This document shows, piece by piece, positions 1 to 9,372 of a stretch of DNA of 64,000 bases. The translations under genes and the position numbers were made by a program. Each line of letters opens with the position of its first letter. Position 1 is the first letter of the stretch. Below the pieces are notes generated by a model. It was not told the DNA's origin. It ran no database searches and saw nothing but the letters and a program-made list of their open reading frames with translations. The DNA is from Gammaproteobacteria bacterium (GTDB lineage: Bacteria > Pseudomonadota > Gammaproteobacteria > CBDBNL01 > JAAOII01), in NCBI GenBank assembly GCA_965209035.1, contig OZ242372.1, forward strand, positions 1,952,001 to 2,016,000, written 5' to 3'.

Positions 1-1
1 G

Positions 2-2449
2 CAAATACAAAAAATTAAAGAGTTTATGGACAGTGTTTTGACATTATTGCACTTTATGAAACCTTTATACCTTAGGGAAGGAAAGGATGGCAGCAATAAA
101 ATCGGGGTGGAGAACTTGAATGATTTTTATATTGATTTTGAGAGTTGTTATGAGGAGTTAATGCCTGTTATTCGCTTATATAACAAGGTTCGCAGTCATC
201 TGACTAAGAAGAGTAAAGAACAAGAAAAGTTTAAAATTAATTTTGATTGTTCAACCTTACTTGATGGTTGGGATGTCAATAAAGAAAGTGCCAATCAGGG
301 GGTGATTTTAATCCGAAATTGCCCGGACGGAGAAAAGAAATTTTTCTTAGGCATCATTCATAAAACTCACAAGGATATTTTGAATTACGAATTGGATATG
401 GATGACAAATTGGCAATACGGGCTGGTGGTAATAAAAAAGTTGATAAAAAGAAGAAACTAAAAGGAGAGATTGTATTGAAAAAAAGTGACCAGGGGGAGT
501 GTTATCAAAAAATGGTATATAAGTTTCTTGCGGACCCTATAAAGATGCTTCCCAAAGTATTTTTTTCTAAAAAAAGGATGGATTATTTTGAACCCAGTCA
601 AGAAATACAAGATATTAAGGAAGGGAAGAAATATCATGAAGATAAGGTAAACCGTGATAAATACATAGATTTTTTTAAGCAGTCTATTGAAAAACATTTG
701 GATTGGAAAGAATTTAATTTTGCTTTTCGCCCCACAAAAGAATATGAAAGTATGGATGACTTTTACTCGAATGTCGCACGCCAAGGTTATAGCATCCGAT
801 TTGATAACATTAAAGCCGAGTATATTGATAGGCTAGTCCAAGAGGGCAAGTTATTTTTATTTGAAATATATAACAAGGATTTTTCGCAACACAGTAAAGG
901 CAGACCTAACTTGCATACGAGTTATTGGCGGCTTTTGTTTGATGAGAAAAATTTACAAAAAACTGTTCTTAAGTTAAATGGGCAGGCCGAGATGTTTTTT
1001 CGCTTCTTCTCTATCCCGGCCGAGAAGGCGATTCGCCATAACAAGAATCAACCCATTAAGAATAAAAACCCGCATAATTCCAAGAAGGTGAGTAAATTTT
1101 CCTACGATCTGGTTAAGGATAAGCGTTTTACCAAAGATGCCTTCCTTTTTCATGTACCGATTACTTTAAATTATGGGCTTCCAAAAGCGGCACCGCTTAA
1201 TCAAAAAGTGAATCTTCTCATAAAGAAAAATCAAGATGTTCGTATCATGGGAATTGACAGAGGCGAGCGTAACTTGCTTTATTATTCCATCATTGATGGG
1301 AAGGGCAAGATCATTGCTCAAGAGAGTTTAAATAAGATTACGAATTCATACCAAAACGGGAAGGATGCGAATAGAACTAATGTTGTTAATGATTATCATG
1401 AGCGTCTTGCGGAGAAAGAAAAAAGAAGAGATGAATCTCGCAAAGACTGGGGAACTATCGAAAACATCAAAGATTTGAAGGCGGGTTATTTGTCGCAGGT
1501 GGTTCATAAGATTTGCGAACTCATTATGGAACATCAGGCCATAGTGGTAATGGAAGATCTGAACCAAGGATTTAAACGAGGTCGCTTTAAGGTAGAAAAG
1601 CAAGTATATCAGAAGTTTGAAAAAACCTTAATTGATAAGTTGAACTACTTGGTATTTAAGAACGCGCACCCGGGTGAAGCGGGCCATTATCTGCGAGCCT
1701 ATCAATTAACCGATCGGTTTACAAGTTTTCAAAGATTAGGGAAACAAAGCGGTGTTTTATTTTACATCCCGGCCGCGAATACCTCCAAAATAGACCCCGC
1801 TACCGGATTTATTCCTCGCGGGTTTCAAACCATGACAAAAGAAGTTGCCAGAAAATTTCTGAGTAACTTTCAAATTCGTTATAACAGCGAGCATGATTAT
1901 TTTGAGTTCACATTTTCATATGCTGATATAGGTATTCCAAGTTTGGGAGATGATAAATGGACTGTATGCACGCACGGTAAAGTCCGGCATATTTATAGCG
2001 GGAAAGAAAAGAAGCATATCAGCATAGATATTACCCGGGACCTTAAGGATGCTTTGGAAAAAAACGATATTAAGGGTTATGCCGATTCACAAAATATTGT
2101 CAATGACCTTGTGCAAGCGGATAAATCGGAACTATACAATACGGTGTTGTATTTGTTGCGAGTTACGACAAGGCTGCGTTATGGCAACGGGTGTTCTGGG
2201 GACAAAAACGAAGATTATATCTTATCTCCTGTGGCGAATAATAAAGATCAATTTTTTGATTCGCGATCAGGGGATGCAACTATGCCCCTGGATGCGGATG
2301 CCAATGGGGCCTATCATATCGCCCTGAAAGGCTTGTGGATATTAAATGCAATTCATGAGACCAGTGAAGATAATCTGGGGAAACCTAAATTAAATCTCAA
2401 TACCGAAAAGTGGCAGGCATTTGCCCGGCAGAGACTGTTTTCAAAATAA
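2..2449 (+). CDS. cas12a: Type V-A CRISPR effector Cas12a (Cpf1), 5' part outside the window
   Basis: Frame is open from base 2. Motifs: GWDVNKE (WED), KMLPKVFFS (PI), LHTSYW and KNKN (pre-crRNA RNase), RuvC IMGIDRGERNL / VVMEDLN / DADANGAYHIA with catalytic D-E-D intact. Adjacent to cas4-cas1-cas2 and a V-A repeat. Confidence 0.98.
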   Translation, partial: QIQKIKEFMDSVLTLLHFMKPLYLREGKDGSNKIGVENLNDFYIDFESCYEELMPVIRLYNKVRSHLTKKSKEQEKFKINFDCSTLLDGWDVNKESANQGVILIRNCPDGEKKFFLGIIHKTHKDILNYELDMDDKLAIRAGGNKKVDKKKKLKGEIVLKKSDQGECYQKMVYKFLADPIKMLPKVFFSKKRMDYFEPSQEIQDIKEGKKYHEDKVNRDKYIDFFKQSIEKHLDWKEFNFAFRPTKEYESMDDFYSNVARQGYSIRFDNIKAEYIDRLVQEGKLFLFEIYNKDFSQHSKGRPNLHTSYWRLLFDEKNLQKTVLKLNGQAEMFFRFFSIPAEKAIRHNKNQPIKNKNPHNSKKVSKFSYDLVKDKRFTKDAFLFHVPITLNYGLPKAAPLNQKVNLLIKKNQDVRIMGIDRGERNLLYYSIIDGKGKIIAQESLNKITNSYQNGKDANRTNVVNDYHERLAEKEKRRDESRKDWGTIENIKDLKAGYLSQVVHKICELIMEHQAIVVMEDLNQGFKRGRFKVEKQVYQKFEKTLIDKLNYLVFKNAHPGEAGHYLRAYQLTDRFTSFQRLGKQSGVLFYIPAANTSKIDPATGFIPRGFQTMTKEVARKFLSNFQIRYNSEHDYFEFTFSYADIGIPSLGDDKWTVCTHGKVRHIYSGKEKKHISIDITRDLKDALEKNDIKGYADSQNIVNDLVQADKSELYNTVLYLLRVTTRLRYGNGCSGDKNEDYILSPVANNKDQFFDSRSGDATMPLDADANGAYHIALKGLWILNAIHETSEDNLGKPKLNLNTEKWQAFARQRLFSK

Positions 2450-2479
2450 GCATTACAACATAATTCACCGTAACTCCTG

Positions 2480-3037
2480 TTGGAAAGTTATATCCCCATA
2501 TCCTTTCTTAACGACTTCATTTTCTGTCCGCGTTCCATATATTTTCATCAACTATACGGAAATACCCAGACTCGTCTGTATCAAACCTCGGATCAGATAG
2601 ACGGCAAAACGGCGCACATTACGATTGACCAAAAACGATATTCTACTCGCCAAGATGTGATTCAAAGTTTGGAAATCTATTCTCAAAATTATCATCTGTG
2701 CGGAAAGATTGATATTTACTTCCAAAAACAAAAATTGCTGGTAGAGAGAAAAAAGAAAATAAAGGTCATATATGACGGTTATGTTTTACAACTTTACGCA
2801 CAATATTACGCTATGGTAGAGATGGGGTATGAAGTCGAACGGCTGCAACTATATAGCACGGACACAAATAAAAGTTATCCGATTCCTCTTCCGGCACAAG
2901 ACCCCGATATGTGCTTGAAGTTTGAAGAAACAATAAAAGGGTTAAACCAATTTAATTTGGAAAAATATTTTGTTCCCAACCCTGAAAAATGTGCTCGTTG
3001 TATTTACCGCAACCTTTGTGACAGAGCCGCATGCTAA
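2480..3037 (+). CDS. cas4: Type V CRISPR-associated Cas4
   Basis: FIFCPRSIY, GKIDIY...ERK nuclease motif, QLYAQY, C-terminal CxxCxxxxxC Fe-S ligands; TTG start. Confidence 0.95.
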   Translation: MESYIPISFLNDFIFCPRSIYFHQLYGNTQTRLYQTSDQIDGKTAHITIDQKRYSTRQDVIQSLEIYSQNYHLCGKIDIYFQKQKLLVERKKKIKVIYDGYVLQLYAQYYAMVEMGYEVERLQLYSTDTNKSYPIPLPAQDPDMCLKFEETIKGLNQFNLEKYFVPNPEKCARCIYRNLCDRAAC

Positions 3038-4002
3038 GTGCCCCGGATTTTAAGGAAAAGCAGATCATCTTGGCTCTGCTAAGTCATGGTGAAAAATTGA
3101 GTTTTAGAAACGATAATATCATCATTAAAGATGCGAATGGCATCGTAAAGCATCAATCCACCTGTTACAGATTATTTGCCTTATTTATTGTCGGGCACGT
3201 TACTATTACCAGTGGACTCTTAATGCGAGCGGAAAAATTTAAGTACACGATTGTGTTGATGAGCCACAGTTTGCGTCCCTATGCCGGTTGGCCTGCGAAG
3301 ACCGAAGGGAATGTTCTTTTACGAAAGAAGCAGTATAACTATGACGGGAGTGAGTTGGCTCGCCATCTTGTGACAAATAAATTGTTAAATCAATTACAGA
3401 CATTAAAGAAAATTCGTTCAAAAGAACTACAACTTCGAGATGCCATAAAGCATATTGAGGATTATAAAAAGCGATTGGAAAAGCCGGACCTGGAAATGCA
3501 AAGTATTTTGGGTATAGAGGGAATAGCGGGACGTGTTTATTTTCAAGCACTTTTTAAAGAAGCCGGTTGGAAAACGCGGCGGCCGAGGACAAAAATTGAC
3601 ATGGTCAATACACTGCTGGATATAGGATACACCCTTTTATTTAATTTTGTGGAAGCATTGCTCAACCTATACGGATTTGATATTTATCAAGGGGTATACC
3701 ACCAACAATTTTATCAACGCAAATCTTTGGTATGCGATTTGATCGAGCCGTTCCGCCCAATTATAGATGCTCGCATACGTAAAGCGTTTCAGCTATCTCA
3801 AATAAAAGAAGAGGATTTTGATATACGGCAAGGACAATACAAGTTATATGGAGAAAAGGCCCGGCCATATTTAATTTGGCTGATAGAAATATTGGTGCTT
3901 CACAAACAAGATATTTTTATGTATATCCAATCTTATTACCGTGCATTTATCCGGGACAAAGAGATTAAGGATTATCCGATGTTTGATATTTCTCAAAAGT
4001 AA
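3031..4002 (+). CDS. cas1: Type V CRISPR-associated endonuclease Cas1
   Basis: GIEGIAGRVYF, NTLLDIGY, GVYH, SLVCDLIEPFRPIID motifs. Confidence 0.97.
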   Translation: MLSAPDFKEKQIILALLSHGEKLSFRNDNIIIKDANGIVKHQSTCYRLFALFIVGHVTITSGLLMRAEKFKYTIVLMSHSLRPYAGWPAKTEGNVLLRKKQYNYDGSELARHLVTNKLLNQLQTLKKIRSKELQLRDAIKHIEDYKKRLEKPDLEMQSILGIEGIAGRVYFQALFKEAGWKTRRPRTKIDMVNTLLDIGYTLLFNFVEALLNLYGFDIYQGVYHQQFYQRKSLVCDLIEPFRPIIDARIRKAFQLSQIKEEDFDIRQGQYKLYGEKARPYLIWLIEILVLHKQDIFMYIQSYYRAFIRDKEIKDYPMFDISQK

Positions 4003-4003
4003 T

Positions 4004-4279
4004 ATGTTGATAGTGGCCTACGATATTCAAGCGGATAAACTGCGAACACGCTTTTCAAAATATCTTAGTAAGTTTGGTTTTCGTCTACAATACTCCGTAT
4101 TTCAAATTAGAAATAGTAAGCGAATATTAGAAAACTTAATGGCGGATATCAATGGTCGTTTTGCCAAAGAATTCACACAAGGAGACAGTGTAATTATTTT
4201 TGATTTGAGTAAACAGTGTAAAATACACAGGTTTGGCTATGCGGTCAATGAGGAATCAGATTTGATCGTGGTAAAATAA
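4004..4279 (+). CDS. cas2: CRISPR-associated Cas2
   Basis: MLIVAYDI...RLQYSVF; ATG at 4004 directly after the cas1 stop. Confidence 0.97.
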   Translation: MLIVAYDIQADKLRTRFSKYLSKFGFRLQYSVFQIRNSKRILENLMADINGRFAKEFTQGDSVIIFDLSKQCKIHRFGYAVNEESDLIVVK

Positions 4280-4422
4280 GTTAATAGTAAAAAGCGTTTT
4301 GCAAACCCTCGTCTTAATGTTACAAATGGTGTTAAAGAAGCCCTTTATTTGCTTAAAAGGTAGTTTACGGGTGTGTTTGAAGGTAAAAATACCTATAATT
4401 GCTTTTATATTCGTGCCTACCT
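4280..4422 (+). promoter_or_regulatory. CRISPR leader
   Basis: AT-rich non-coding stretch between cas2 and the first repeat; TATAAT at 4394-4399. Degenerate repeats lie at the opposite end of the array. Confidence 0.75.
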
Positions 4423-7400
4423 GTCAAGGGGGGCAATAAAATTTCTACTGTTGTAGATCCGCGTCCTTCGCTTGCTGTTCCGCTGTCAAGGGGGGCAATA
4501 AAATTTCTACTGTTGTAGATAAGGAAACAAAAATGAAAAACGATAAAGTCAAGGGGGGCAATAAAATTTCTACTGTTGTAGATCGGAGTTTGAAGTTCCC
4601 GCGGCCGTAAGTCAAGGGGGGCAATAAAATTTCTACTGTTGTAGATATGCAGATTTCTTAAAGATCCGATTGTGTCAAGGGGGGCAATAAAATTTCTACT
4701 GTTGTAGATCCAAAGGATCGCGTGATATGCGTCACGTCAAGGGGGGCAATAAAATTTCTACTGTTGTAGATATACTAATATTTTATGTTCTCTAAATGTC
4801 AAGGGGGGCAATAAAATTTCTACTGTTGTAGATTCATTACCCGGTCGGTTCTATCTTGCGTCAAGGGGGGCAATAAAATTTCTACTGTTGTAGATAAAAG
4901 TCATATCATACCCAAACGAAAGTCAAGGGGGGCAATAAAATTTCTACTGTTGTAGATACCTCTGGTTGGTTCGTATGTTGCTTGGTCAAGGGGGGCAATA
5001 AAATTTCTACTGTTGTAGATTCCGCATTATGCTTCAAAAACGGGATTGTCAAGGGGGGCAATAAAATTTCTACTGTTGTAGATGTTCCGGACTGTTAGTG
5101 TATTGAAGATTGTCAAGGGGGGCAATAAAATTTCTACTGTTGTAGATCGTGCGGGTTTGGCTCCCTCGCCTACGAGTCAAGGGGGGCAATAAAATTTCTA
5201 CTGTTGTAGATAGATCGTGCTTTCGCCTTGCCTTGCGGGTCAAGGGGGGCAATAAAATTTCTACTGTTGTAGATGAGCTCCCTTCCGTCCTCTCTTGTCT
5301 GTCAAGGGGGGCAATAAAATTTCTACTGTTGTAGATCAGGAACATTATCACTATCGTAATAACGTCAAGGGGGGCAATAAAATTTCTACTGTTGTAGATG
5401 ATTATCTGGGTAAAGGTCATTGTGAGTCAAGGGGGGCAATAAAATTTCTACTGTTGTAGATAGTTTCATTGTTGTCGTCTTTGCTCTGTCAAGGGGGGCA
5501 ATAAAATTTCTACTGTTGTAGATGTTATGATAATATAGATTATCAATTTGTCAAGGGGGGCAATAAAATTTCTACTGTTGTAGATTCGGTCACACTGGTG
5601 GCGAATGGGTTTTGTCAAGGGGGGCAATAAAATTTCTACTGTTGTAGATAGAGGACCCCTTTGGTTCTGAGCCCTTGTGTCAAGGGGGGCAATAAAATTT
5701 CTACTGTTGTAGATAAAGGGAAAAAAATGAACATTGGAAGGTCAAGGGGGGCAATAAAATTTCTACTGTTGTAGATCAAGCGGGGATTATTTCTATTGAC
5801 ACGTCAAGGGGGGCAATAAAATTTCTACTGTTGTAGATGTATCCTCTTTCGCCGCGCTGGTTGTGTCAAGGGGGGCAATAAAATTTCTACTGTTGTAGAT
5901 GGTTCTCTCTCGCCCAGTCGCCGAACGTCAAGGGGGGCAATAAAATTTCTACTGTTGTAGATTACACTGACTTTCCACTACCAAGCAGGTCAAGGGGGGC
6001 AATAAAATTTCTACTGTTGTAGATAAGTGGAAGTAGGCGATATAGTTAATGGTCAAGGGGGGCAATAAAATTTCTACTGTTGTAGATTGCAGCCACAAGC
6101 GTTGGCGGTGGTTCGTCAAGGGGGGCAATAAAATTTCTACTGTTGTAGATCGGTTTGTTTAGAATTGTTAAAACTGAGTCAAGGGGGGCAATAAAATTTC
6201 TACTGTTGTAGATGCGGTGTCCGGTGGTGTTGCGGTTGGGTCAAGGGGGGCAATAAAATTTCTACTGTTGTAGATGCGGTGTCCGGTGGTGTTGCGGTTG
6301 GGTCAAGGGGGGCAATAAAATTTCTACTGTTGTAGATTATCAAAGTTTTTATGGTAAAGGTTCAGTCAAGGGGGGCAATAAAATTTCTACTGTTGTAGAT
6401 TTGCGTCTGCTGGTGGTGGATTTTGCGTCAAGGGGGGCAATAAAATTTCTACTGTTGTAGATGTTGTGCTCTTTAGTGTTGGCGGTAAGTCAAGGGGGGC
6501 AATAAAATTTCTACTGTTGTAGATTTGCCGGCTTATATGGCATTAGTGAGTGTCAAGGGGGGCAATAAAATTTCTACTGTTGTAGATGGTGATCCAGTTC
6601 GTGGTGTACATCGGTCAAGGGGGGCAATAAAATTTCTACTGTTGTAGATTAAAATTGTGTTTTTCTTTGTTTATGTCAAGGGGGGCAATAAAATTTCTAC
6701 TGTTGTAGATATAGAGACCCATCCCACGAGCAATACGTCAAGGGGGGCAATAAAATTTCTACTGTTGTAGATTGCTGGGTTAGCCGATGTGGTGATGAAA
6801 GTCAAGGGGGGCAATAAAATTTCTACTGTTGTAGATCCGCCTTAATGACAGGATTCCGGTGGTGTCAAGGGGGGCAATAAAATTTCTACTGTTGTAGATC
6901 CATCGGTGATCGAGAAGATCATCAATGTCAAGGGGGGCAATAAAATTTCTACTGTTGTAGATGAGTTTTCCCCTTATATCATAAGGGAAGTCAAGGGGGG
7001 CAATAAAATTTCTACTGTTGTAGATTGGTGCATTATGGCAACCGCGTCATTGTCAAGGGGGGCAATAAAATTTCTACTGTTGTAGATTTTTGTTGATGTG
7101 CATTATTTCTTGCGTCAAGGGGGGCAATAAAATTTCTACTGTTGTAGATAGCCAAAAGACGGCGCGATTGTTGCAGGAGTGGGTCAAGGGGGGCAATAAA
7201 ATTTCTACTGTTGTAGATCGTTAGTTCTTACGGGTGGTATCAATGTCAAGGGGGGCAATAAAATTTCTACTGTTGTAGATGTTCATTTTTCTTTGTTTGA
7301 TTGAGGGTCAAGGGGGGCAATAAAATTTCTACTGTTGTAGATTTTTGTTGATGTGCATTATTTCTTGCGTCAAGGGGGGCAATAAAATTTCTACTGTTGT

Positions 7401-8040
7401 AGATATTTAATAATCTCCTCCCGATGCGCGTTAAAAGTCAAGGGGGGCAATAAAATTTCTACTGTTGTAGATTAGCCTATAAACTATCTACGCAAGAATG
7501 TCAAGGGGGGCAATAAAATTTCTACTGTTGTAGATGTCTAAATTAGTTCCGGCGATATTAAGGTCAAGGGGGGCAATAAAATTTCTACTGTTGTAGATCT
7601 GACGGTAATCAGTTTGCCGTCGGCGGTCAAGGGGGGCAATAAAATTTCTACTGTTGTAGATCATCACCAAGCCAGACCAAGTCAAGGGTCAAGGGGGGCA
7701 ATAAAATTTCTACTGTTGTAGATCGGCGAAATAGTAAATTAGTCTTAGGTGTCAAGGGGGGCAATAAAATTTCTACTGTTGTAGATTCGGGAGCATTATG
7801 ATCTCGGTGATCAAGTCAAGGGGGGCAATAAAATTTCTACTGTTGTAGATTTATCTATCAAAGATAGGGACGCCGGGTCAAGGGGGGCAATAAAATTTCT
7901 ACTGTTGTAGATCATCTGGGGACCGAAGGCCGCGATCGAGTCAAGGGGGGCAATAAAATTTCTACTGTTGTAGATACTGATAAATGCCATTAAAACGGCA
8001 TTAGTCAAGGGGGGCAATAAAATTTCTACTGTTGTAGATA

Positions 8041-9108
8041 TTATACATCCCCCGCCCCTGTAATAGTCAAGGGTGTATGATCCCACCCATTTCTGGACTT
8101 TTGTTGTTTTTGCAAAAACTGGATTGGCGAGAGTTGTTTGAGAGCATAATGGGGACGTTCCAGATTATACCAAGCCAACCACTCGATGAGTTTGGCGTTG
8201 AATGCCGGCATATCCTTAACCAAGAGATGCCGCATATGACAACCGAACTCTTCCCAGAGAGTGCGATTAAACCGTTCGCAGTGTGCATTCATTTGCGGTT
8301 TCCTTGGATAGGTATACCAGTGGGTGCTGCCGTTTGCGGTCACGACCCGGTGAAAGTCTTTGGCGAACTCACTGCCATTATCGGTGAGGACTTTTTCGAT
8401 CCGAGTGCCGAGTATGTTTTGCATGGCGGTAAAGAGCCGGGCGGAACTGGCCGAAGCAGCGGAGGTGTCGACACTGACCAGTGAGAAGCGGGAAAATAGG
8501 TCAATGCCGACATGCCAATAAAAGCGCCGGCCATCGACGATGCGGACGAGCGTATCAAAGGCAACACATTCACCTCTCCGGCCCGCAACAAAGCGGGTGT
8601 CCTTGCGCTCGCGCGGAGCACCTTGCCGCGGGCGTTTCGGCACGGACCACGATGGTTTGCACCGCATCTTATCCGGGTCATCGGCAATGATGCGAGAGAG
8701 CGTTGATTGGCTGGGCAGCGGCAGCCCGCGCTGCTGACACCATTCGGGTAACAAGCAGACCAGTTTACCGGCACCGATGTTCGGACGCTCTTGTCGCCAA
8801 GATCGGATCTTGGTAATCAGTGCCGGTGGCCAGGTGTTGGACCGCTTGGGCTGATACCCATAGTTGTTCGCCAGTTCATCGACCCCGCCTTCACGGAAAC
8901 GCCGCTGCCACTCGTAGAATGTAGCACGACTGATCCTGGTATGATCCAACGCGGCCGCGACACCATGTTTGCGCGCGAACGCTAAGGTGTCCAGTTTTAT
9001 TTTGGTGGTTTTAGACATGTTTAAATATTGATTTGCTAAAACCACCATTTTATTGAAACCGCGCACGCGATAACCAATGTAGCGTAAACGTGTTCCTCTC
9101 ATTTCCAA
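8041..9108 (-). CDS. IS481-like DDE (rve) transposase
   Basis: HTH (ISRATFYEWQRRF), VAFDT, LTDNGSEF, PQMNAHCERFNRT, WYNLERPH. The stop codon lies outside the element. Confidence 0.93.
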   Translation of the reverse strand: MEMRGTRLRYIGYRVRGFNKMVVLANQYLNMSKTTKIKLDTLAFARKHGVAAALDHTRISRATFYEWQRRFREGGVDELANNYGYQPKRSNTWPPALITKIRSWRQERPNIGAGKLVCLLPEWCQQRGLPLPSQSTLSRIIADDPDKMRCKPSWSVPKRPRQGAPRERKDTRFVAGRRGECVAFDTLVRIVDGRRFYWHVGIDLFSRFSLVSVDTSAASASSARLFTAMQNILGTRIEKVLTDNGSEFAKDFHRVVTANGSTHWYTYPRKPQMNAHCERFNRTLWEEFGCHMRHLLVKDMPAFNAKLIEWLAWYNLERPHYALKQLSPIQFLQKQQKSRNGWDHTPLTITGAGDV

Positions 9109-9372
9109 TGTGCAGTCCGGCTGCCCTCACAAACCATACCGTCTCGCCAGCGGATACACCTAGACAGTTTTATCAACAACAAGCCTCCGCTGTCTGCGGC
9201 GGTGAGAGCAAAACAGCTATCCGTCCTTCTTGCCCGTTTCATTCATCTAGCTCCACATACCGGAGACCCGTTGCCGGATCTATTTTCGACCCGTCCGACA
9301 GAACCTCCGGCTGCTTGATCTGAGGACGCACAATGCCAAACTCAGAGTCCAGAACCTTTATGAGATCATGCA
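8074..9372 (-). mobile_element. IS481-family insertion sequence, copy 1 (1,299 bp)
   Basis: Imperfect terminal IRs TGTATGATCCCA...TTCTGGACT and TGCATGATCTCA...TTCTGGACT; 5-bp TSD AAGGG; near-identical copy at 60387-61685. Confidence 0.93.

Noticed and set aside
6963-8003. Hairpin-forming spacers (6963, 7599, 7851, 7976)
   Set aside because: Stems are short and not clearly above chance among ~89 spacers without a null model.
9109-9372. Bridge-RNA-like programmable targeting by the IS
   Set aside because: The transposase is DDE/rve, not IS110. The two copies have different targets but differ only by scattered SNPs in the non-coding end.
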